From an uncultured Gammaproteobacteria bacterium (lineage in GTDB: Bacteria > Patescibacteriota > Microgenomatia > JAMCZE01): a DNA stretch of 64,000 nucleotides. Below are positions 7,841 to 15,490 of this stretch, one piece after another. Under the pieces are notes generated by a model, which was not told the origin of the DNA, did no database searches, and worked only from the letters and a program-made list of their open reading frames with translations. The DNA is taken from the NCBI GenBank assembly GCA_964576435.1, contig CAZNUP010000001.1, positions 34,345 through 98,344 on the forward strand, given 5' to 3'. The translations under genes and the position numbers were made by a program. Each line of letters opens with the position of its first letter. Position 1 is the first letter of the stretch.

Positions 7841-8692
7841 ATGCAATTAGATGATTACTTGAACAAGTTCGTAGACTTCCTCAAAGCTCAAGGCAAGGCT
7901 ACCGCAACCATCGTTGCCTACAAAAAAGACATCGATCAACTTGTAGCATATTTGAAAAAGATCGGCAGGTCAAACATGTCCGAGGTCACAACCGAAGACT
8001 TGAATAATTTCCTAGCTACTTTGTATACAGAGAATTACACCCCAAAATCAATTTCCAGAAAAATTAACTCCATTAAGACTTTCTATCGCTTTTTGACAGC
8101 TCAAAAGTTGGTTGACACTAACGCAGCAGCTGCCATTATCCACCCAAAATTCGACACTAAAGCCCCCAGAATCTTAACTAGGATGGAGTATAGAGCTTTA
8201 AGAGATGCAGCAAGAGAAGACTCAAGAATCTCAGCTGTCATCGAACTCCTCCTCCAAACCGGTATGAGAATTGGAGAATTAGCCGCTTTAACTACAGATA
8301 GTGTCAGCGACCACTTTATTAAAATCCCAGCCATTGAAGGCCATCCAGAAAGAGACGTCCCACTAAATAAATCAGCAAAGGCTGCCGTTGATAGATATCT
8401 TGGAGATAGACCAAAAGTTCAAAGTAACGCCCTTTTTGTCACAAAAACCGGCCGCCCACTTCTAATTAGAAACATAAGAACTGCAATTGACAGATATTTT
8501 AAGATTGCTGGCATTCAAGGAGCTAAGGTTAACGATTTAAGACACACCTTTATCGCCCACCACCTAGCTTCAGGAGCAAGTCCAGTCATGATCAGTAAAT
8601 TAGTAGGCCACAAAAGAATCTCTACAACCGAAAAATATCTTGAATTCATAAAGGATCTTCCAGCTGAAAAAGTAAAATTGGAAGAACTTTAA
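7841..8692 (+). CDS. Tyrosine site-specific recombinase (XerC/XerD/phage integrase family)
   Basis: N-terminal SAM-like core-binding domain. The catalytic region contains ...LRHTFIAHHLASG...GHKRISTTEKYL, including the conserved R, H-x-x-R and Y. Confidence 0.85.
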   Translation: MQLDDYLNKFVDFLKAQGKATATIVAYKKDIDQLVAYLKKIGRSNMSEVTTEDLNNFLATLYTENYTPKSISRKINSIKTFYRFLTAQKLVDTNAAAAIIHPKFDTKAPRILTRMEYRALRDAAREDSRISAVIELLLQTGMRIGELAALTTDSVSDHFIKIPAIEGHPERDVPLNKSAKAAVDRYLGDRPKVQSNALFVTKTGRPLLIRNIRTAIDRYFKIAGIQGAKVNDLRHTFIAHHLASGASPVMISKLVGHKRISTTEKYLEFIKDLPAEKVKLEEL

Positions 8693-8911
8693 ATGGAAAA
8701 TGGCGAAATAGTTGCAATCATTGACGCTGTTTGCAAAGGAAATCCAGGAGAAAAGCCCCATACAGTTAGACTTGAAGTAAGAAACACCCCCCTAGCACCA
8801 ATCAACCCTACTTGTCCGAAACCAGAACACCAAGGTCTTCCATTAGAAAGATTGGTAGTAATTCACGGAGTCGAAGTTCCTGGCATCCAATATTCACCAA
8901 GTCATGAGTAG
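8693..8911 (+). CDS. Hypothetical protein (72 aa) translationally coupled to the recombinase
   Basis: Its ATG immediately follows the recombinase stop (TAAATG). No family was recognised. Confidence 0.3.
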   Translation: MENGEIVAIIDAVCKGNPGEKPHTVRLEVRNTPLAPINPTCPKPEHQGLPLERLVVIHGVEVPGIQYSPSHE

Positions 8912-8915
8912 CTTG

Positions 8916-8989
8916 TGGGCCCAGTAGGGATCGAACCTACGATAGACGCTGTGTATAAGACAGCCGCGATACCACTTCGCTATGGGCCC
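8916..8989 (-). tRNA. tRNA with anticodon UAU, putative tRNA-Ile(UAU) decoding AUA. No encoded CCA.
   Basis: Manual cloverleaf on the minus strand: acceptor GGGCCCA/TGGGCCC perfect, D arm GCGA-AGTGGTA-TCGC, anticodon stem GCTGT/ACAGC perfect, loop C-T-TAT-A-C with U33 and A37, T arm GTAGG-TTCGATC-CCTAC, discriminator A73. The variable region is 7 nt. Confidence 0.75.
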
Positions 8990-9669
8990 TGTTTTGTTAT
9001 TATATCAGCCTCAAGATAGAAATCACTTATGGCCTTTATTGATTGGATGATCTCTCTCTTAACTTCAACATTGGTAATATACAAATTGCAAGTTCCATGA
9101 CCAAAGCTTTTATATGTTAGTCCTTTCCTTGTACTTTCCTTAATATAAGGTTTCCTAAATCTATCTTTGGATATTTTGAGGAGATTACTCCAATAATCAG
9201 TTTCTTGCTGAATATCCATATCAGAGTAAAGACGTAAAAGAACTGATACCTTTTCAAAAGGAAGTCTAAGTGATATCACAAACCAATGCAGGGCAAATTT
9301 TATAACCTTAGGATCCGTGTTACTTACACAAACATGAGTGGAAGTAACTTTAGTTCCCTCCCCCCAATATAGAAACAGTCCTGCTAACAACAACTCTCGC
9401 TCTGATAACGGTAGCCACTGAGCTTTTTTTGCCTCGTAAATCAAATACTCCTTTTTCTGTTTTCTTAAAGCACAACTTTGCCTATAATGTTCAATCCAAA
9501 TATGCCTCTTTTCTTTAAGTTTAGCTATTTGCTCTGAATTTAGTGGATATTTTTGAAGCCAATCGCTTAACGTGCTCTTGCTTAAACCTAGTTTCTCTCT
9601 AATCTCAGAGTAACTTTTTCCCTCCAGACGAAGCTCAATTGCCTTTTTCCGATCCTCTTGTCTTGCCAT
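8980..9669 (-). CDS. HTH-domain protein with a single LAGLIDADG-like motif (homing-endonuclease-like)
   Basis: N-terminal resolvase/terminase-type HTH (KSYSEIREKLGLSKSTLSDWL). The central LLLAGLFLYWGEGTK segment and downstream spacing resemble single-motif LAGLIDADG enzymes. It is the last gene of the minus-strand operon and its 3' end overlaps tRNA(UAU) by 10 nt. Confidence 0.45.
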   Translation of the reverse strand: MARQEDRKKAIELRLEGKSYSEIREKLGLSKSTLSDWLQKYPLNSEQIAKLKEKRHIWIEHYRQSCALRKQKKEYLIYEAKKAQWLPLSERELLLAGLFLYWGEGTKVTSTHVCVSNTDPKVIKFALHWFVISLRLPFEKVSVLLRLYSDMDIQQETDYWSNLLKISKDRFRKPYIKESTRKGLTYKSFGHGTCNLYITNVEVKREIIQSIKAISDFYLEADIITKQGP

Positions 9670-9733
9670 CGAACACTACAATTATATTTAATTTCAAAAC
9701 ATAATAGTTCGATTTTATATTGATGTCAAATAG

Positions 9734-12109
9734 CTAATACAAATGACTCCTTGAAGCAATCTCCGCCTCCACTTCCCTAACATCTCGGGCATATTTAAGT
9801 GAAGACAATTCTTTAATTGTGTCAGCAATCTTTTTATTTCGAACTGCATTGATAGAAGCAAAATCATGATTAATTTCCATTGAAAATGTCGGCACTGGTT
9901 CATTGTTCACAAGTGTTTTGACATAACAATTAAACGCCTCCACTTTCAAAAGATCAGACTCCCCAAATGTTGGCGCAAATTCATGTGACAAAAATTGCGC
10001 GTCAGCTACACCAACACGGAACGCAATCTTAGTCCCCACGTTTCCAAATATGGCGTTCTTCACATCTTCTTCAACTTGAGCAATAAACTGATTAGCGACA
10101 GTTAGATTAAGTGCGTATTTTCGAGCTTCAGATAAAATTGTGGCAAAATCCGGTGTCGCAAAATTTTGAAACTCGTCCACATATAAATAGAAGTCTCTCC
10201 TCTGCTCTGCTGGAATATTTTGCCTGCTCATTGCTGCAGCCAAAATCTTAGGAACTAAAAGATTTCCCAGGAAATTACTGTTCTCTTCTCCAATAACACC
10301 CTTAGCCAAATTAATAATTAAAATCTTCCCCTCATCCATAGAAGTTCTAAAGTCAAACGAACTTTTAGATTGGCCAATGATATTTCGAATCATTTTATTA
10401 GTAACGAACCTTCCGAATTTAGATACAATGTAGTCAAGAGTCTCACTTTTATGGAATTCAGAAGTTTGCGCAATTTGTTCTGTCCAAAATCTTTTTACAA
10501 TTGGGTCCTGCACTCGAGGAAGTAGTTCTTGAAGATAAGGACCTCCCGGATCTTGAAGAACTCTCATAACTTCAATAAGAGTCCCAGATGGATCAGCTTC
10601 CAAAACTGTAAGCATCGCGTTTCGAACGGAGTGCTCAAGTCTTGGTCCCACAATCCCTGTTTGATGAGGGTCAAAAAGTTTGTACAAAAGACCGATAAAC
10701 CCAGTTACTGTCATGTGCCTTTCCATCTCAGTATGGGCTTCCATAATATTCCACCCCATTGGTCTAGAAATATTTGATGGATCCCAATAAATTACATCCT
10801 CTGCTCTTTCAGGTGGAATTGATTCCATGATTTGTTCGTAGGTGTCATGAGGATCAATAAAACATACCCCATGCCCTTTTTTAATGTCTTGGAGAATCAT
10901 CTGTGACATAAGAAGTGACTTTCCAGTTCCCGTTGCTCCAATGATATAAGTGTGTCGTCTCCGGTCCGGGTTAAGCATATAAACCGGCCGATCTCCTCCT
11001 CTAAACACACTTTTCCCAAGGAACAAATCTCCATGATCCGGAACTTCTTGGGGAGCTGGTCCTCTTTTTGCATTGAGCCAATAAATATTTGGCGTCTCAA
11101 TAGATTTATTTGGAAAATGGAAAATAGTAGCAAGCTCCTCAGATGTAAGAATTGAGGCTTTCCTAAAAAGCGGCTGATATCTATAAATAAAGTCAGTCAT
11201 AAAATTCGACTGAATGCGGATTTTGTCTCCCGAGAATCCATTCTGATCAGAAGTAAACTGCGCAAAAGCACTCTTAATATTGTCCATGATGAGTTTTGAC
11301 TGTGGTTTAGTTGGTGCCGAAGCAACAATTCTAACTGAAGTAGAAAAACCAGGTTTTGAAACTTTACTTTCAATTGCCTCCAAACTCTTAGCATCGACAT
11401 TAAATTTCGCTTTTTCAGGGTCAGCTTCATTTTTCTTGGTCTTTGAAATATACTTTTTCCCAAAAGTTCGCCATTTGTTCTCAGCGGGAGCCACAACTAT
11501 CTGAATAACGGCCCCCTCCCCTTCCCCAAGTTTAGCTAGTGACGAAGTTAAAATACTAAGAGGATCAACCGCTAAGTCTCGCCATATTTTAATTGGCTGA
11601 TAATTGGCCCCCCGAAGCTTCAAACTTGCGTAAGACACTTCTCCCTTTTCCGTAAAGATATTGTAATCCTCAACTTCAGTCACAACTGCCCCCGGGTATG
11701 TTCCATGAATCTGTTTTTCAATTAAGTCCTTGCTCTTAGTAGGAACTGCTACATAAAACCTAATATCTCCTTGTTTACCAACTATTTCAAAAGACAAATG
11801 CTCCTGGGTCTTAAGAAACATAAAATCAAACCAATTAGATTTTCCTCTATATAGTGTGTACAACGAAGCAAAGAGTTGCTCCATAGCATCGATTTTTATC
11901 TCGTTGTCCCGTGGAACTGCCACCTGCAACAGAACAAAAGACAAAGCATGCTCTTCCCTGTCTCTCCATCTATAAAATTGAATAAAAAACCAACCAAGCG
12001 CTGCTAAGATTACAGCTAAGATCCCAAAAGATAGAAGTAAAATCACAAGACCAATGATGATATTAGGAAGAGCAGCAACAATGTCCATACACCTTAAATT
12101 GTAGCACAA
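9734..12109 (-). CDS. Membrane-anchored P-loop ATPase of the VirD4/TraG/TraD (T4CP) / VirB4 / FtsK-HerA superfamily
   Basis: An N-terminal TM segment and ~350-aa extra domain precede Walker A IIGATGTGKS, a GVCFIDPHDTYE box, Walker B YLYVDEFQNF, and a QF...NxGTKIxF...D..A..LS pattern shared with T4SS coupling proteins. The likely true start is MDIVAAL at 12088. Confidence 0.7.
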   Translation of the reverse strand: MCYNLRCMDIVAALPNIIIGLVILLLSFGILAVILAALGWFFIQFYRWRDREEHALSFVLLQVAVPRDNEIKIDAMEQLFASLYTLYRGKSNWFDFMFLKTQEHLSFEIVGKQGDIRFYVAVPTKSKDLIEKQIHGTYPGAVVTEVEDYNIFTEKGEVSYASLKLRGANYQPIKIWRDLAVDPLSILTSSLAKLGEGEGAVIQIVVAPAENKWRTFGKKYISKTKKNEADPEKAKFNVDAKSLEAIESKVSKPGFSTSVRIVASAPTKPQSKLIMDNIKSAFAQFTSDQNGFSGDKIRIQSNFMTDFIYRYQPLFRKASILTSEELATIFHFPNKSIETPNIYWLNAKRGPAPQEVPDHGDLFLGKSVFRGGDRPVYMLNPDRRRHTYIIGATGTGKSLLMSQMILQDIKKGHGVCFIDPHDTYEQIMESIPPERAEDVIYWDPSNISRPMGWNIMEAHTEMERHMTVTGFIGLLYKLFDPHQTGIVGPRLEHSVRNAMLTVLEADPSGTLIEVMRVLQDPGGPYLQELLPRVQDPIVKRFWTEQIAQTSEFHKSETLDYIVSKFGRFVTNKMIRNIIGQSKSSFDFRTSMDEGKILIINLAKGVIGEENSNFLGNLLVPKILAAAMSRQNIPAEQRRDFYLYVDEFQNFATPDFATILSEARKYALNLTVANQFIAQVEEDVKNAIFGNVGTKIAFRVGVADAQFLSHEFAPTFGESDLLKVEAFNCYVKTLVNNEPVPTFSMEINHDFASINAVRNKKIADTIKELSSLKYARDVREVEAEIASRSHLY

Positions 12110-12118
12110 GCACCAAGG

Positions 12119-12673
12119 CTAAGAAGTCTTACTTCGGACAATTTTTCCCTTAACTTTTTTAACTAAGAAGTGCGCTTTTAAAAGTTGGTAAATAAACCAT
12201 TCTGATAACCACCTAAATCCGGATGAAGTAGGTTTTTGAAGTCCCTGTGCAATTTGATCATCAGTCAAACTAACTCCAGAAACTGTAAAATATTGAGTTT
12301 GGCTAATTGGTGTCTGCGCACTGGGTACTGGTTGAATTCCCATTTCTTTAGCAATTTGTGGAGGCACAGGAACATCTCCGTGATCAACCTTTTCTACTCC
12401 TCCCATTTCAAGAACTTCTTTTTCAAGTTCAATCTCTCTTGAATAGTTTTCCCAATACTCATCTCCTTCTTCCTTAGCAATCTTATTAGATTCCCCCATC
12501 TGCATAAGTTTGGCCACCTCTTCGACTTTTTGGTCGACAGACGCAGAAGAAAGTTGTTCTTTAAGTTTAGGAGAAACTGGTGCTTGAATAGGTTGGTTTG
12601 AATCGTCTTGCTTAATTTGCTGACCAGTTAGTCCACCAGTTTGCTGATCATTATTATTTTGGGAATTATCCAT
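12119..12673 (-). CDS. Hypothetical protein (184 aa), the first gene of the ATPase operon
   Basis: Q/N/D-rich low-complexity N-terminus and a C-terminal amphipathic/hydrophobic segment (FRWLSEWFIYQLLKAHFLVKKVKGK). It is separated from the ATPase start by 9 nt. Confidence 0.4.
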   Translation of the reverse strand: MDNSQNNNDQQTGGLTGQQIKQDDSNQPIQAPVSPKLKEQLSSASVDQKVEEVAKLMQMGESNKIAKEEGDEYWENYSREIELEKEVLEMGGVEKVDHGDVPVPPQIAKEMGIQPVPSAQTPISQTQYFTVSGVSLTDDQIAQGLQKPTSSGFRWLSEWFIYQLLKAHFLVKKVKGKIVRSKTS

Positions 12674-12707
12674 ACACTACCAGGATAGCACAACAACGGT
12701 GATTGAA

Positions 12708-13298
12708 CTAATTAAGTGTATCTAATAGTTCCCATAAACCCCGAAGATCTCTACCCATTCCATTACCAAAATCCAACCCCTCCCCACCAGCATAAAAATC
12801 ATCAACATGCATAACCACATGATCTGGTCTGAAATGTTTATCCCTATCAATTCTATTTTTATCAAAAAGTACCACCACCTGAATCCTACTTGCTCCATCC
12901 TCAATTAATTTCTGCTTAAGAAACTCTAATGTTCTACCTCTATCATTAATATCTTCAAGGACAACAACGGGTTTGTCCTCTACTAAATCCCTTGACTGCC
13001 ATTTCACAACATTTACATCTCCATGAGTTCCTACACCATTTGCACTCCTCACCTCCACGTCCGTCACAACTAGTCGACCCACATCTACTCCATATTTTGG
13101 GACCGCTTCCAAAACTCTATCCTTAAATGAAGTCGCACCAGTCTGATTCCACAACACAACAGATCCCGGCTCAAGTAATTTTGCTATATGAGGAATACTT
13201 CTCCTTAAAGACATATCCACCTCAACAGGAAGAATTCTACATTGAATCCTAGGCCCACCAGGATATAGATATTTAATTTCACCGCCCCACCTAATCAT
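12708..13298 (-). CDS. Purine phosphoribosyltransferase (HGPRT/XPRT-like type I PRTase)
   Basis: PRPP-binding motif VVVLEDINDRGRTLEF. The region has noticeably higher GC and an R/V/G-rich composition compared with its neighbours. Confidence 0.7.
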   Translation of the reverse strand: MIRWGGEIKYLYPGGPRIQCRILPVEVDMSLRRSIPHIAKLLEPGSVVLWNQTGATSFKDRVLEAVPKYGVDVGRLVVTDVEVRSANGVGTHGDVNVVKWQSRDLVEDKPVVVLEDINDRGRTLEFLKQKLIEDGASRIQVVVLFDKNRIDRDKHFRPDHVVMHVDDFYAGGEGLDFGNGMGRDLRGLWELLDTLN

Positions 13299-13304
13299 AA
13301 AATC

Positions 13305-13325
13305 AAAAAATCCGCTTTCGGCGGA
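13305..13325 (-). promoter_or_regulatory. Hairpin (TCCGC-gaaa-GCGGA) followed on the minus strand by TTTTTTGATTTT, only 2 nt before the PRTase ATG. It is a leader hairpin or attenuator-like terminator.
   Basis: Seen directly in the sequence. Its function is unknown. Confidence 0.3.
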
Positions 13326-13435
13326 AATCTATTTCGTTTCCAACTATCTACCAAATTGTCTTTAAAGTCAACAGCTACCTAAATAAATATCTAGCTTGAT
13401 ACAAATTTCGACTTAACAATGTAAAATATGCCATT

Positions 13436-13891
13436 ATGACAAAAACTGAAAATTGCGGCTTCTGCGAAAATCCCAAAAACCGTGAACGAGAAATTATTAG
13501 AACAGATCTCGTGTGGGCTTTTCCCACCTTAACACCAATTGTGCCCGGCCACATATTAATCTGTCCCGTTAGGCATGTCCCCACTTTTGATCTACTTACA
13601 AATGACGAAAAAATTGCAATCTTCGATCTCGCTCAAAAAATAAAACTTTCCCTGATAAAAACATTTGATGCCGGAGGATTTAACTTTGCTTGGAACGAGT
13701 CTGAGATCGCAGGACAAACGGTCCCCCACTTTCATCTACATGTTGTCCCCAGGAAAAAGGGTGATGCTGGTATTTATGAATATGAACCGAGAAAATTCTT
13801 ATATAGACCAGGATCAAGAAGTGAAACTCCTCAAGAGGAGCTCGTCTCAGTAGCAAGATTAATCCAAAGAAATATAAAGGACAACAAATAG
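13436..13891 (+). CDS. HIT family hydrolase
   Basis: Histidine triad HFHLHVVPR, an N-terminal Cys motif CGFC, and a length of 151 aa. Confidence 0.85.
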   Translation: MTKTENCGFCENPKNREREIIRTDLVWAFPTLTPIVPGHILICPVRHVPTFDLLTNDEKIAIFDLAQKIKLSLIKTFDAGGFNFAWNESEIAGQTVPHFHLHVVPRKKGDAGIYEYEPRKFLYRPGSRSETPQEELVSVARLIQRNIKDNK

Positions 13892-14044
13892 AAAAAGGGA
13901 TATTATAGCTGCCTATAAATTCATGGCAAAAGTTTATGAAGGTGGATGGAAATTTCGTTTTTCAAACACTCCTTTCATGAATCCTGCAAAGCTGTATGAC
14001 AAACAAGAGTCAATTCTGGCTCACGAGCTCTGTTTAATTGGTTT

Positions 14045-14233
14045 TTGGTCACAATTAAGAAAAATCTGTCCAGTTTATATGCCTATCAACTTATCAAGCT
14101 TTTTAAAGAATTAAAAAATGACCAAGCAGCAGAAGAAGTATTAGATTTAGTCACTTGTCATATTAATTTGATTAAAAAATCAGGTGTTAAAATTGATATA
14201 AACGAAGAGTTCAAAGAGTTTATACCTTCTTAA
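14045..14233 (+). CDS. Small hypothetical protein. It overlaps out of frame with the 13923..14114 ORF, so this may be a frameshifted gene.
   Basis: Two overlapping 62-63 aa ORFs in different frames. There is no homology evidence. Confidence 0.2.
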   Translation: MVTIKKNLSSLYAYQLIKLFKELKNDQAAEEVLDLVTCHINLIKKSGVKIDINEEFKEFIPS

Positions 14234-14486
14234 ATCTAGGGGTCATCTCTCCATCAACTTCCACATCTTCCAAAAAATTATCAATTGGTCTAAAAAATAG
14301 AAATTCTCCGCCATATAACCACCTATATCCCACAATTACTCCATCAGTCGCTTCTAAAAATCCGAGTGTTTCAATTTTGTAATGTTTATCTGGGTGTTTG
14401 TAATGCGCGTAAACATCTCCTATCTTAATTTTCTTTTGAGCATCTTCTAAACGTTTTTGCAATTCATCTTCAGAAATATGTCCCAT
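14220..14486 (-). CDS. DUF1653-like small protein
   Basis: 88 aa. The YAHYKHPDKHYKIETLG...VGYRWLYGGEF..FRP pattern resembles the DUF1653 family. Confidence 0.45.
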   Translation of the reverse strand: MGHISEDELQKRLEDAQKKIKIGDVYAHYKHPDKHYKIETLGFLEATDGVIVGYRWLYGGEFLFFRPIDNFLEDVEVDGEMTPRFKKV

Positions 14487-14489
14487 ACA

Positions 14490-15482
14490 TTATTCTCCTT
14501 TCTTTGCTTGTGCTCTCGCATTAACTTCATAACTTGTGTTCTGTGCTTCAAAGAAGTTAACAAGTTCATAAACATCCGTTGCCGTACTCATCCATTTAGC
14601 AGGATTTGAAACGTTATAAAATGGTTCAAATCCAAGTTCTTCAAGTCTCCTATCGGCAACATATTGGACATACTGATTAACATAGTCAGCATTAAGTCCA
14701 AGTATCCCTCTTGGGAATAGGTCCTTATTATAATTTGTTTCAAGACTAACCCCCTCAGTAATGATATTTTTAATTTCCTGAGCAAATTCAGGAGTCACAA
14801 GGTCAGAATTTTCCTCAAGAATGGTAAGAATAAGTCTTATTCCAAATTTAAGATGCAAACTCTCATCCCGAAGCACCCAATTAATCATCGACCCGAAATT
14901 CCGAAGTTGATTTCGTTGCCTAAAAGACAATGTCACCATAAACCCTGAATAAAACCAAATCCCTTCCATCACAATGTTGTAAGCAACTAAGTTTCTAATA
15001 AAATTCTTCTTCCCCTCCTCAGTAGTTACATCATAATTTTCCTCAGTCATTCGCTTTATATATTTCGAAACAAACGCTTCCTTAGCTTTCATTGTTGGCA
15101 TTTCCGTGTGGACTTCATAAATTTTGTCTCTGTCTAAAGGTAGTGTCTCTAAAACATATTCAAAAGCCACACAGTGGTTAGCTTCTTCCCACATTTGTTT
15201 AGCTAGATAAAGATGACACTCTGCAGATTTAAGGTACGGGTAAACTCCAAGTGCCAATGCTTTATTCACAATAAGTTCCGCCGGATTAAAAAATGCCATC
15301 ACAAGTGACACTGCCTTTTTTTCATCTTCCGACATTTTTGCCCAATCCTCCAAATCTTCTTTAAGGGCAATTTCATGTGGATACCAAGTGTTAGCAATTG
15401 CTTGATTATATAAATCCCGTGCCCATGGGTAGCGTGGTGGGTGCAAATTATAATCTTCTGGCGCTGCTTTTCCGATTAACAT
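14490..15482 (-). CDS. nrdB: Ribonucleotide reductase class I small (beta/R2) subunit
   Basis: Ferritin-like di-iron fold motifs (EEANHCVAFEYV, ...RDESLHLKFG...) and a length of 330 aa. It lies directly downstream of the alpha subunit. Confidence 0.85.
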   Translation of the reverse strand: MLIGKAAPEDYNLHPPRYPWARDLYNQAIANTWYPHEIALKEDLEDWAKMSEDEKKAVSLVMAFFNPAELIVNKALALGVYPYLKSAECHLYLAKQMWEEANHCVAFEYVLETLPLDRDKIYEVHTEMPTMKAKEAFVSKYIKRMTEENYDVTTEEGKKNFIRNLVAYNIVMEGIWFYSGFMVTLSFRQRNQLRNFGSMINWVLRDESLHLKFGIRLILTILEENSDLVTPEFAQEIKNIITEGVSLETNYNKDLFPRGILGLNADYVNQYVQYVADRRLEELGFEPFYNVSNPAKWMSTATDVYELVNFFEAQNTSYEVNARAQAKKGE

Positions 15483-15490
15483 AAAAGTTT

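Noticed and set aside
10529-11504. Several 67-99 aa ORFs on both strands
   Set aside because: They are internal to the 791-aa ATPase gene, in alternative frames.
12088-12109. The annotated ATPase start at 12109 (MCYNLRCM...)
   Set aside because: The first 7 codons (MCYNLRC) precede a more plausible start, MDIVAALPNIIIG, which begins the TM segment. Either is possible, so the track coordinates are kept and the alternative is noted.
13375-13584. 69-aa minus-strand ORF
   Set aside because: It overlaps the HIT gene start and promoter region antisense. No support.
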